From Yuukianura sp. NJ FZ-2021 (taxonomy: Eukaryota), in the NCBI GenBank assembly GCA_046563655.1, contig CM102286.1, positions 4,526,001-4,590,000 of the forward strand: a DNA stretch of 64,000 nucleotides, given 5' to 3'. The stretch's first letter is position 1. Every line of letters starts with the position of its first letter. The notes under the pieces are model-generated. The model saw only the letters and a program-made list of their open reading frames with translations. It was not told where the DNA came from and searched no databases. Made by a program: the position numbers and the translations under genes. Shown piece after piece: positions 12,001 to 24,213 of the stretch.

Positions 12001-15000
12001 TTGACAGAAACCGGGAAGGTGGATTTCAAATTTCACTTCCCTACGTTTGGCAATACAACGAAAACCATACCCATTCCGTCCACATTCAAAACGTGACGTT
12101 CCGCCACAATCAAAATTTTGAAACTACAATAAGTGGCCATTTTAGTAAAGTGAAAGTTGTGAACACGATTTTTGAAAATAATGTTTGCCGCCATGGTGTG
12201 TTTACACTTTCTGGAATGGAAAAGGAAATGCTAATTTTCAACAACCAGTTTCTGTCTAACCGTGCCAGCTACGTTGTTCAATTTGACGCAGACTCCCAAT
12301 CTGAAATTGTTGGTCAAGTTCAGGCATATTTTGTGAAAAATATTGTCAAGTACAATACGTTCAATACACATCGAAGCCATCGTGATAATAGCAAAGCCAA
12401 ATCAAGGCGTCAGTTGGACACTGCAACTTACCAACCCAGAAGCTACGCAATTGCAATCAAAGGAGTTCAGAAAGTCAATGTCACCAATAATCTTTTCGGA
12501 GACAACCAATTGGATTACGAATTGCTTGCTGGAGTAGCCACGGCCAAATTAGACAACATAGTGAATGTTATTCACAATTGGTAATTTTGAAAAGAAATTT
12601 CAAAACAGTTTTTCAGTTTTTTTTTCTTAAACTTTGGATTTGGATTTTTTTTTATTGGTAGGTGGGGCACATCAGATCCGTTGAAAATTAAAGAACGAAT
12701 TTTTGACTTTGACGACTGGAACAGTTATGCGATTGCGTCGTACCGTCCGTACTACTTGCAAGATAGTTTGGAGTCGTCAATTTCCTTGTCATATGAATCT
12801 GAAAATGATGTGACCTTGGACCACCTTCAGGGCAGACTAATGCACCCATTGACATTGTACAACCGAGATCAGCCTTATGTCATCAGAGCTGACTTGACCA
12901 TCATGCCTACTGCGCAGTTGTCGATAGCCCCGGGGGTTCAGATAGAATTTTATCCCAGTGTCGGCATCCTGGCACTTGGGCCTCTTATGGCTCAAGGAAC
13001 ACCCGAATCACCTATAATCATGCGCCCTATTACTCTTCAGAAGAAGGTGAGAATTGTTTTTAATTAATAAGGCGTCTGGAGTACTATACTGATCAACATT
13101 TTTTAAATTTCAGGAAGTTATTGACTCCATGTTCCGTTCACCAACTATGATGGAGGAAAATACAGTTCGCTTGTGCGCAGAAGACAAGTGTGAACGGAAT
13201 ACTCGACAAGGATTTCTAGAATACTATAACAAAACAACGCTACAGTGGATTCCAATGTGTGACAATAGGTTTACAGAAAGAAATGTGCAAGTTGTATGTC
13301 GTCAGCTAGGTTTTGATCACATGAATATTTTTCTGGATTTTGGACATCGAATTGAGTTTCATTACAACTCGCTGCGGAGAATCCGAAAATGGCCGGAACC
13401 GCTTCAGTGTGTTGGTAAGTGCTATGTTTGCAAAAATACGAAGAATTTCAAATTTTGAATTTCGGATTTCCTGAAATTTTAGGTGATGAGGAAACGTTGG
13501 ACGACTGTCCAATTCGGATGAATGGACAATTATATGGCTATGACTACCCGTGTCAATGGGATGAGCCTTTTATTTTTATCAACTGCGGAGAACGAAATCT
13601 AAACAAAACTATGGAATACTGGGGAGGAATTCGGTAACTAAAAAATGACACCAAAATAAAAAAAAATATTGGCAAAAAATTGTGCAATTTTGTTTCGAAA
13701 TTGTTTTTTCAAGATTCTCTGAACCCGATTTTGAAGAGCATTTGTTCGAATCACGAATGCATGACGCCGTGACGCACAGTTCCTACGAAAGGGAGGAAAG
13801 TATGTTGGAATACGTTAACATATATGGAGCTGGAATTTTACATAACGAAAAAAGTCCCGCCATTTTGAGCGTCCTTCAAAGTCCAACTATTCGTTGCGTC
13901 AATATCACCACTTCAGCTCATCATGGGATTTCTATTGTTTCTGCACACAAGACCTTGAGAATGACTAAGCTCGGGTAAGTTTCTGGATACATTATTTGTG
14001 TATTGCAGTTTATTTAATTTAGTTTATGTCGTACAGATTTATAGACAACCTTGGTATTGGCTTTACCGGAGTATCGCTAACAGGAGAAGCGCAGAGGTCA
14101 GATTCAAGTTCGTTTTTCCCGCTAAAGAAAATTGAAATCCCGTATGGAATGTTTGGCCTCGTTCACATTTGTGACCCCAACAAAGAAATCATTGTTGAAG
14201 AACGGGTCGTTTTGTACTACAAGTACGACAATTTCCCTGTAGACTGCGTCAAAATTTTCAAAAGTGTTTATGGTTCAAAGAATCTCGGGTTTAGGTAAAA
14301 TTATCAAACACAGTTACTGTATTTTTGTCGTAGTCGGTAATTAATTACATGTCATGTATTATATTAGACTCATGCAACTGAATTTGTTCAACTCAACGGG
14401 AAAACCATGGCCTCCTGACTACATCAAATTAATTGATGGCGACATTTACAACTCAACAACTGAGGAAATTTCAACGATTACAATGGACTACGATCCTCAC
14501 GCTTCTAACAAATTTTATCAATCGTCTTGGCCAAGTCTAAGCGTCCAACTACATGCTACAGGAGCAACAGCTTACCACGGTTTTGTAGCAGAAGTTTTAA
14601 CACTTCCAGTTTCTCCGCATGGTCTAGGTAAATATTAAAAGTTCAATTTAAAATAAACATGATTGATTTAAAATATTAACCAAAATAGGATTTTTTTTTG
14701 CATTTTAGATCGTAGCATTCAACACAACATTTCCTACAGCATTTTTCAAAATAATAGTCAAGGAGCATTTTATTATGGATCGGCTGGAGAAATCAGCCCC
14801 GCTGTCACACTTGAACGAAACCGGTTTGAAGACAACTGTGAAGAATTTTACGGAAACTTTACTTCCTGCAACAGCACAATTCGTTTCGATGTCCAAAACA
14901 TGCTAAACATTTACTTCAAAGTAAGTCAATTTTGCTACAAAAATTTAAAACTAAAAAAAAAACATTCTATTTGTTTTGAAACTTTAGAACAATGTCCTGA

Positions 15001-17892
15001 GGCGAAACCAAGGCGGAGTTCATATTACTTCGGATTCAAGCGGAACTGCAACGTCCCTTAAGGGCTATGTTTATAACAACGTATTTGAGAATAACACGAA
15101 CAGAGAAGTGATTCATGTGGAAGGTCGCCGCAGTAGCCCGTACCAAGAAATCGTTTTCTATCGTAACGTCGTTACAAGAAATGACGCCAACTTTGTTGAT
15201 GTCGTTGTTCTAACTCAAGTATAAAATTCATGACCCAGACAATCTTTTATCTTAGATCATGGTGGCTTCATTTTAGTTCATCTGAGTTGCTATTTTTTAG
15301 GTGGTGTCGAATCTTACTGACAATTATTTCAGTGCCAACCGTGGAAATCACATAATGGAAATTACTGGATTCGACAAAGTTCGCTTGCCAATCTACCAGT
15401 CCTGTACACACAACTCCTTCTTCATGTAAGTCTGAAATATATTTAAGACTGTAGTTCAAACTATAGTTTGAACAAAAACTTTGGCGAAAATGTTGGAAAT
15501 TGTTTTTCGTGAGCATTGTGTTGAATTCTACAGGAATATAGCTACAGATTTGGAAAATAAAGCAACAATTGTCGCTGGAAGTACCGGTCAGCAGTACATT
15601 GACAACATTCTTGTAAATCCTGCCAACGATTATGAGCTTAGCACAGTTAACAAATCGAGGTAAAATCCATTCAATTTGTTCGCTTTTCTCGATGTCATTT
15701 TAATTTTCCAAACTGCAATACTAAATGCATGCAATTTTTTCATTTCTTTTCCCTCATCTTATGTTTGGATTTCACCACTGCAATGCCACTTTACTTGTAT
15801 GTTGCTTTGAATTAACAGACCCAGAGCAATGAGGTAAACCACTTTACTAGCAATTCCAATCTTTCGCAATTTCATTTTCATTTCAAAAAAATTTTCATTT
15901 TTTTCCAATCTTTTGATTGAAAAGTTGAGTAACAATTTCTTATTTGCGAATGTAGTTATGAACCACAAAGTGCTGTAGATGCTCGACACAATTGGTGGGG
16001 ATACAAAGAGGACATTCCAGTCATGGGTAGAATCCGAGATGAAAATGACAATATTGACCTACTGCGCGTGCTCTTTCTACCGTATCGAATAGACAATCGA
16101 ACATTGCTCAGTGGAAAGTGTCCACCAGGATATACACTAGTGTCGGATACATGCTACATTTATATTGGTGGATACATGACTTATGCAGAAGCAAAGGAGT
16201 TTTGTCGCCGAGAGAATGCGTCAATGCCCTACGTCGAATCCAGCTACTTCTACGTTACTAACTTTCTGAGAAACCAGCAAGAAGACTACGACTACTACGA
16301 TCGTGTCTGGGTTCAAGATGTCGATAGGTTTGGAGAATGCACGGTGTTTGTCACTGGCACGGTCAAGGCCGCTGACTGTTCTTACAGACTTCCCTTCATT
16401 TGCGAAACAGGTTACAAAAATACGTTTCGATTGAAAAAAAATTTTTTTGTTCAAAATTCTTATGATTTTGTTAATTCTGATTTGATTTTTTGTAGATCCG
16501 AGGATTAGCATTGACCCTCTAGCTTGGACAACCGATTCAGTGACGATTGGAGCCCTCGTGTCAACAATTTTAGCACTTGTTTTAATTATCTTCATTTTAG
16601 TTTTTTGGTACACAAAATCTAAACAGCGTCAATCTGAACGCTTGGAAAGAAGAAACTCTGTTCGGGCGTCCATTCGATCTAGTCGGTCATTTGCTTCTTC
16701 TGGAAGTCTCAACGAATCGGAATACAGGCGGCGCCTTGCAGAATTTGTAAGACTTTTTCACAAAAACATAAGTGAGTAGAAAGTTGCCATTACTTTTTAA
16801 CTTTTTTAATTTTAGCAAAAATCAATTCAAAGAAATCCCGAAACGAGCTTAAACAACTACAACAAAGTGAACGGAAGTTTTGATTCGCTTGAAAAATCCA
16901 ATTCTCAGTTTGACTCTGCTTCGTACGACATGTACGAAACTCAAACACAACGAACGGGAATGTCATCTGATGGAGAGGAGCCATTCGGACTTCCAGTCAG
17001 TCGACATCCAATGGGACGTCCGCGTCCAGTTATTCCCCCAACCATTGGTCTTCCACCTCCGCCTCCAAGTCATCTCAGAAATGTTCGCGCCGACGTGCAA
17101 CCACCGGCACCAAAACCATTTGATCTCACTTTTCAAAATCAAAACTTTCGCGAGACGCCATCTACTGGCTCAACTGCTGTTCCAAATGACTACTGGGACT
17201 CAGCTCCCACACTTCAGAGTAATGGAAATGGTGGCATTAAGTACAAAAATACAAATCCGTCGAACGGTTTCATGGGCACAACTTCCACACTTCCGCTTCA
17301 ACCGTCAACTGATGACGTATCTGAAATTAGCGACTTTTCACCTATCTCTCTCCGCCCGTATCCCGTAGCAACCCATCCAGAACTTCCAAAAATGTCCAAA
17401 AGTGATGACCATTTGGATCATGACCCCTTGACCCGCCCCGTTCCAACATACAGTGAAGCTCCAACGCTCAACTACCGAAGTCGGGATGACGACAACGGTT
17501 TGAAGACAAGTCGGAGTCAACCGATACTTGACTCCGGTCCATTGCAAGAACACGTAGTTCCAGAAATGATCTCATTTACCCCTAACCCCCCAAGACGTGA
17601 CACTATTCATCTCCCTCTACCTAGCAGAGTTAAGGAAACAAGTTTAGATGACTTGGACAACACGACTGAATTGGACTATGAGTTGGACGAAACTGTTCGG
17701 CCAATCAGTACTGCCTACTTAGAAACGAACATGGATGATGACAGTGGTCATCTGCGACCGTTGAGGGGTGCTCAAAGTCAATACATTCCTAGCCCAGCGA
17801 CTCAAGCGCATCAAAATCCTTTCAGAGTGAATGACGATTTTAAAGCACTAAGTAGCAGAAGTAAAAGCATGCCTTTGGAAACGGAAATGTGA
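91..17892 (+). CDS. bark: Bark beetle/anakonda-like septate-junction transmembrane protein (multi-exon, 5' part outside window)
   Basis: Spliced ORFs give parallel beta-helix (NxxxG) repeats, SRCR domains (VRLVGGKTRKDGRLQV...WGSICNYGFD; VRLCAED...VQVVCRQLGF), a CUB-like segment, a C-type lectin (CPPGYTLVSDTCY...LPFICE), one TM helix (16540-16610) and a low-complexity tail ending PLETEM. Exon 91-435 joins in frame to the exon starting at 7846 (NNAG|FGIYVNSS) across the retroelement. Confidence 0.9.
453..927 (-). repeat. 3' LTR (475 bp)
   Basis: Starts TGAAAGGG, ends CCTCACA; differs from the other LTR by about 2 single-base indels and 2 substitutions; minus-strand AATAAA at 565-570. Confidence 0.96.
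928..938 (-). other. Polypurine tract
   Basis: Minus strand GGCGGGAGGAA directly abuts the 3' LTR. Confidence 0.8.
1212..2294 (-). pseudogene. env-like glycoprotein gene, disrupted (about 3 frameshifts, 2 TGA stops)
   Basis: ORF fragments 2294-2097, 1869-1606 and 1613-1212 plus the intervening frame join into about 360 aa. The product has an N-terminal hydrophobic stretch, the Cys pattern AFECIKE...YFFG...FPEC...TNY...CPGHC...LVW...C and N-glycosylation sequons, and sits at the env position between pol and the 3' LTR. Confidence 0.7.
2541..3863 (-). CDS. Truncated pol: retropepsin-like protease (catalytic D>G) plus linker, reached by -1 frameshift
   Basis: LLGTGA (for LLDTGA) and ALVGADFL motifs; the frame is open from about 3884 to 2541 and ends at the pre-RT motif LTHDQIRDLKHLLFEF; no RT, RNase H or integrase motifs seen. 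Confidence 0.85.
   Translation of the reverse strand, partial: KKWDSGELSEVKLPRDSISVTTSIQPKYELCSAKPQSVYDKSITAATILTNTPKDHESTFHQYASIVNLTVGTGPLLIITGFINQMQVPILLGTGACARIVSSELINPHNIQQLKQKIALSGITTKSIEPSGSSHVSIQIGSEIFLHSMLVLEDFILKALVGADFLEKAKIQINYLDKTIKVGSTVLAMGTTGNNNHELNQVNIATVELGNRDQEREPIVFSPPQVEESDRGNHTPNSKEEQLNTRQRVKPYAESEIQPNTGINQQFCKQIILTSLTGHEEKVIWNTPLSSITDPQWKGGEIRSRPLPLFKEEVSISMREENESSDDTNEFNEKQVLHQIGIHTVTPFLNKWNRKTDTQSTVLSTEMEAQASKLNITHAHPLQLETSEIDETRTDFDINQLPQALYQTHIEHIYVCRNTALTHDQIRDLKHLLFEFPAID
3803..4537 (-). CDS. gag: Ty3/Gypsy gag (capsid), no zinc knuckle
   Basis: MSAKVKLPRFSGESGEDVLTFITKFE...LDGTAEAW...RKQQIHESIEKYAYEL: typical retrotransposon gag N-terminal motif and major homology region; uninterrupted ORF. 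The start codon is uncertain. Confidence 0.9.
   Translation of the reverse strand: MSAKVKLPRFSGESGEDVLTFITKFELACAANDIPAGKMAITLTCQLDGTAEAWAVVEIDRLRREAAGVAVTITYNQLRSDLIRIFGNKDSLAAELKYKDRKQQIHESIEKYAYELLKLIQQYDPTMNEEKRVKYLIKNSRPSFLSQISLLNPKTTEEFLKIGRGIEDTNQIIAHHRDVNVLTYALESTVIKDKEISDLEENVKNLQVLVAMKEPVTELEPEPYAKNGTRGNFQRSSYPGTQFQ
6986..7002 (-). other. Primer-binding site (tRNA-Lys-like)
   Basis: Minus strand TGGTGCCCGATGCAGGG, one base after the 5' LTR; its complement resembles the 3' end of tRNA-Lys (...CCCTGTTCGGGCGCCA). The primer identity is tentative. Confidence 0.75.
7004..7476 (-). repeat. 5' LTR (473 bp)
   Basis: Near-identical copy of 453-927, adjacent to the PBS. Confidence 0.96.
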
Positions 17893-18789
17893 TAATTCCT
17901 CAAGGTTAAACTGAATTAGTTTTAAATAAAATAGCTTTAATTGTTAATGTTAAGTTAAACTTATTAGTCTCACTGCTTTTAAATTGTCAATGAAGTTTGA
18001 GATTGCGGAATTTTGACGCGTCATTTAATATTCCGCCGAGTTTTTATACGCATGCTCCCATTCGTATTTAGATTAGATTTTTGGATCTTGCACTTTTTGA
18101 AGTTTAAGTGTTAGGTTAATCTAGGTTATATTTTAATTTTGGACTTATTTTTTGTTAGTGGCACGTCTTACTAGAACAAGAATTTTTACATATCACTTCC
18201 CTAGATTTTAGCAAAGGTGGATTGAAGCACAAAGTTGCACCCTCCATTCCTTTGTACATTAGTTCCAGTTTCTTGTTAAGTGAAAAATGCACTTTGAATG
18301 CAAACTTTTTTTTTGAAATTTTTGGAACTTGAAATTTTGTAGATATACCTAGAATGTCGAAACGCACTTGGCTTTAGAATTAACTTGACTTATGCACTTT
18401 CGAATGTGTAATTATAATTTACTCTTTACCCGTGACCTATAAGCTTCGCGTTTCGTAAAATCGAATTCGTTTATTTAACACTGCCAAATTCTACAACTGT
18501 AGCTATGAAATGTTTTATTTTTATCCGTCTGATTTTCAGACATTCCGTTCCATACTTGTATACTTCATACGTAGTGGGTCCATTGTTATTGTATAATTAA
18601 CAAATTTTCTATAAATGAAAGACTTAAATAAAATTAATTTAAGTTCCCGAAAGTTGTTGTTCCGCAGAAACGTTTGACTCTCCACTGCACTAGAATTGAA
18701 TTAAGATGAAAATAGTGGTAAAGTTTGATTTCAAATGTAATTCATTCATTTTAAATAGAAATGCTAAAGAAGTAACTGCTGTTTTTTTT

Positions 18790-20865
18790 CTAAAGCAATA
18801 CCTCATGATCAAGTTCGATAGTCAAGTAGAATTTCAGTGGCATCCCAGGACGACTTTCGCCATGGAACCGATCCGCGTCCAATCCCATGTTGGCACAACT
18901 GGATCCATCCTCACCACATGAATCGCACAGACCCTGCGCATAACGCACAAACTTTGTTATAGTTACGTCCGTAAGTATAAATTTCACTTTGTAAAAGCGT
19001 GGCATTTGACCTCCTTGTAAGAAGCATAATCAGAGCAAAGGTGTCCAACATATTGGCAATTTGACGACGTAATAGATTCCACAAAGTAGCGAATGGCACG
19101 GCGATGATTACAAGTAATAATTCCTTTCTGACCTTCATCATGAGCAAGGAGATTTGGCAAATCCAATGGCATTTCCGTTTTAGGACAGCCAGGTTGTTCC
19201 CTAAAAACGTTTAGCATAAACAAGAGACAAATTTTTCCACAATTTTCAAATTTTGTAGTCTATTTTTTCATTCAGATTCACAACCTCCCGTTGTTGGGGT
19301 AGAAGTCAATATGACCGCATGGTTGTCTGTCAAACGGAAATTTTTTGATACAACTTCAATTAATTTACAAAAATTTTTTGAATATAATTTTGCCGTGTCT
19401 TACTGCATTCCATAACCTAAAAGCAATACCAAAAGCAAATTTAGAATCCATGAAAACATAACGATTGAAAACTGAAATTACCAAAATGGTTAATGGAGTT
19501 TCCATCAGTGTGAATCACGTCAACGAACCTATAAGAACATTTAATTTGAACATTAAATTTTTCTCCTTAAATTCAACTTTTGAGTTTTTCTAACTTGGCA
19601 TCACTCGGATCCAGTCTGACGGCCTTCGGCATGTATTGAAAATATAACTGAAACAGATTTAAGGAACAATTCAACAAAAAGTAACAAAATTTCAAATTTT
19701 TTAGAACCACAAGAAAGACAAGTTTCACAATTTTAAAATTTGTTTTGTTGTTACTGCTGATGGATCTAAGCCTGTGATGCGACCTAGACCGTCGATCCTT
19801 TCTCCTGCGTATCCCGCAACGTGGCATCCAAGGCAATGCCCAATTAAATGAATCGTCGAAGCGTCAACATTTAGCGCATCCTTTGAAAAAACGTTTATGA
19901 TTTGCCACATTTCACACCACACCACGTTATATTTCTAGAACCTTAACTATTTTTACCTTTAGAAACCTAATGAAGCATGCCACCTCCACACCAACCACGC
20001 GACTATTAGCCGTGGCCTGGACATACAAAGCCCGATTGCCCCAGTCTACGGCAAAAACATTGTAATTCCCAGTGGCTACCAGAAGTTGGGACATTTCTGT
20101 TACCCACGCATGAGTAACGTTTTCTACCCAACCGTGAATGATAATTTTTGTTTGCAATTTTGGATTGAATCCCGCGTTTTTCAAGAGTGTTGCATTTTGT
20201 TCAATTACTACTCCCTAAAAACGGTAACAAAATAATTGATTTAGGAGAGATTATTGCAAAACAGTTAGCATTTGCTAGAGTAATCTTCGTAAAACATTCA
20301 GTTAGCATCGTCTCTAATTGTTTTTTTTTCGAAATTCAATACAATCTGTCAAAAATTAGAAATTTTGTTTTCTTACACTTGGGAACCTGTTGGAATATAA
20401 AACGAAGTTCGTGCTAATTTTTTCTCGATCCCAAGGAACAATGTTTATTGGTCGATAAATGGGGTCACGAAAGTCATCAGTGATGGCGAAACTACTTTCT
20501 AGCAACTCATCCATGCAAACCTCTGCGTGTAGATCCCCAAAGTCGCCCTCTTCTAAAAAATCACAATCAAAATTGTGTTCACTTTTTACACTTCATCTGA
20601 AATTTCTAAGGTTTAAAAAGTAAGTGGTTTAAAAAATTTTGAGAAAAGTTTGCTCATTTTTTTTAATACTTTGCCAGTATGAACAATATTTTTAACAAAA
20701 CTTACCTGCGTTTAACGTAGTTGAGCTTTGAGTTGAGGATCCGGAAGAGATTAATGGTATTGAAATTGCAGAATCTAATGCTGGTAAATCAATTTCAAAC
20801 CCAATTCCAGTCTGTATTGTTAGTTCAATTACAAACAGAAACAAAAGGTATCTGTTGATACGCAT
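18790..20865 (-). CDS. Pancreatic lipase-related protein A (nucleophile Ser>Cys, no PLAT domain), multi-exon
   Basis: Signal peptide, [59 protein letters not shown]; exon layout matches the neighbouring lipase but stops after KFYLT. Confidence 0.88.
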
Positions 20866-21527
20866 TTTAAATTTATTTTCGGCTTCCGTACTCTTGTGTC
20901 ACTATTCTGAAAACTTAAATTTTCTGGCATTTTATAATTTCCTTTAGTCCAGTCGTTGGTGTGAAATTTCAATCCAGGCTAAAGATATGCATACCGTTGA
21001 TTTACTGACGCAAATCTATTTTGGCACTGATATTAAGTGCTATTCCGAGATACGCAGTTTATAATGTTTACGTTAATTGACAGTTGGTGTTTTTGATGTT
21101 AATTTCTTGTTTGTAGAAGTATGAAATGTTCTTGACACGCATGCGATGTCACGTTGCCGAACTTCGGATTTGGGAAACCGCTTCCAAGAGTTAGCTTAAT
21201 CATGAAATTAGGTTCCATGAACCTTAGAATTTAATTTGGCTGGTATGTGCGCGTTTGATTGTAAATTATCAACAAAGCACTACACCGTAACCTATGACCC
21301 GGTGTCTATTGAAAACCAGTTGTTTTGTTTCTTTTGACATTACCAAATTCTACATCTAAATGTACGTGCATAAAATAAATTAGGTATAACTTTGGCGTTC
21401 AATCGATCGCTTCCAAATATATCTAACTTGACGATTAAGCCTAACAGTCCAAAGCGTAATATTCTAACTTTCTAAGTAAAAATTTTATAAAAAGCTTAAG
21501 TATACATTTTTAAGTCTATCCAGTTGT

Positions 21528-24213
21528 TCAGCAGTAGCGTTCAAAGATGGCGAATCCTCCACTATTAATCCCTGTGTACTTTGTACCTTCTTCACCACAA
21601 ATATTGGCTTTGAGTGCATTGGATTTGCCCCTTCCCATGTCATCGATATCCACTACTTGGATCTTCTTCACAAATAATTTATTGTTGCAGAAAAACATCC
21701 AGCACTGGGTTGTCAAGTCCAGATAATTGTTATTGTAGGACCAATCCACTCTGATCTAATTTTATATCAAAGTTTAAGTTTCATAACAATCTTCAAAAAC
21801 TAAAAAATGCAGTATGTTCTAATACCTGTTGGATATTTCCCAATTCTTGATTGTTTTGCAACAGGAATGTAATATTTGTACCATGATCGACGCGTATATT
21901 TCTAAAACAAATGCAAAAATTTTAAAAAGCTAATGAAAGAAAATCTCACGAAGACTAGATTTAAATTCCATTTTCTGAAATTTTTGCATTTCCCAGCAAA
22001 GGAAACATTTTTTGAAATTTTACCCGGAAGGTGAAAGGTCAATGTTTTTTATCGTAGCTAAACTTCCAATGATTGCCATTTTTAGCTTCCCACTGACCCA
22101 AGGCGCTGCTTGTGGTGGAAAAGCAATTTGCAAATTGACTCTATAGTGATGCACTAAAATTCAAACGTTCAAATATTTAAAATATAACTTTGACCGCAAA
22201 CGATTTAATACATTTTCAAATTGTACCGCAAAATGGAGGTGTTTTCCCGGTACTCAAGTAGAAACGCATCAAAGATTTGTTGCTGGCGTTGTACTTGTCC
22301 GCATCAATTCCCATAGTGGCACAACCGGATCCATCATCACCACAAGTATAGCATTGACCCTGCACATTGTCATTTAAAATCTGATGAAACACAATGTTGT
22401 AACGTAGCAAGTTAATCCGTAAAAAGTGTGACTGTTGACCTTTTGGTAGGCTTCATAATCAGAGCAAGCATGTCCAATATATTGGCATTTTGATGAAGTC
22501 ATTGATTCCAAAAAGTAGTAAATTGCACGGTGATGATTACAAGCAAAAATTTCTTTCTGGACTTCATCATATCCTTGGAGATGCAATAAGTTTAACGGAA
22601 TATCCGTAATTGTACATCCCGGTTGTTCCCTAAAAACATTTACTATCATTATTTAAAGAATTATTTTATTAATTGATAAATCATTGAGAAAAATTAGTAC
22701 AGAACCTGCCGTTGTTAGGATAGAAATCAACATGCCCGCATGGCTGCCTGACAAATACAAACTTTTTATGAACAGCACAGAATTTGCATTTTCATGAAGC
22801 ATAGTTTTGTCTTACTGCATCCCATAGCCTAAAAACAATGTCAATGACTCGACTCATTTAGCAACAAATGGGTATAATGTGAAACAAAAGCTCACCGAAA
22901 AGTAAAATTGAGTTTCCGTCGGAATGTATCACATCAACAAAACTAAAAGTATTTCAACATTGGTTAAAAATTGTTGGCTGATTTTTTTTCCATCAATTGC
23001 AATAAAAGTTTTAGAAAGTTTTCCTTACTTTGCATCAGTAGGATCCAACCTCACAAATGCCGGCATGTGTTGAAAGTATGGCTAATAAATTAAAAAAAAT
23101 TAAATAAAAAAAACTGAAAGAGAAAATTTTGAAAAAAATCAAAATTTTTAGTGTACTTCCGCAGGGTCCAGGCCAGTGATACGGCCGAGGCCTTTGATCT
23201 TCTCTCCTGCGTAACCAGCAATATGGCTTCCAAGGCTGTGACCAATTATGTGCATCTTTGAAGCGTCACAATTCAGCGCATTCTTTCAAAATGAAGAAAC
23301 ACGATTTTTTTGCCGTATTTCATGGTACAATTTTTGAAATTTCGAGTGCATTTACCTTTAAAAATGTAATAAATAACGCCAGTTCCAATCCCACTACGCG
23401 TGTGTTGGCAGTGGCTTGAGTGTACAGAGGTAAAGAGCCGCCACCCCAATCTACCGCGAAAACATTGTACTCCCCAGTAGCCGCAAATACTTGGCACAGC
23501 TTTACTACCAAACCGCTGAATCCCGTGTCAATGAAGCCATGAATCACAAATTTAGTTGGTTTCCCAGGGTCGAATCCCGCTTCCTTCAAAATTTGCACGT
23601 TTCGTGTCACTTCAACGCCCTAAAATACAATAACAAAAACATGATTGACGTAAGAGAAATTGCAAAAAAACTGCTTTTCGCTCCAGTAATTTTGATGAAG
23701 CATCCACTTATATTAGTTCTACTTGGTAAATTTCCAACATTTGAAGTTCAACAAAACCAAAAATTGTGAGACCTTACACTTTGTGTGTTGTTGACGGGAT
23801 AGAAAATGAATCTTGTGTTAATTAGATCACGGTCAAGAGGCAGAAGGTTCAATGGCCGATGGATGAGGTCAAACCATTCATCAGTGATGGAGATGCAACC
23901 CAATTCATCGTAGCACTTCGATTGAACTCTGTTTCCAAAATCTTCAACTTGAAAAAATCAAATTCTAAAAGTTACTTAATGCTAAATGCACTTGTTTGAC
24001 ATATTTGATGATTTTTACAGGCTGGTTACCTAAGTTGGACAAAGTTGAATTTTGAATTCCAGAAGAGCGAGAAAGTTTAGGTGAAACTGCTGAAATGACT
24101 GAATCCAAAAACTGTAAATCCAATTTGAAACCACTTCCAGAATGTACTGCCAGTACAATCACAAGGAACAAATATTTGCTCAATCGCACTGTTAGTTTCT
24201 TTCCACTTTCCAT
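21528..24213 (-). CDS. Pancreatic lipase-related protein B with C-terminal PLAT-like domain, multi-exon
   Basis: Signal peptide, [16 protein letters not shown], canonical [30 protein letters not shown], extra 3' exons. Confidence 0.9.

Noticed and set aside
16880..17368. 162-aa overlapping ORF in the last bark exon
   Set aside because: Shadow frame of a low-complexity exon, TTG start, no motif.
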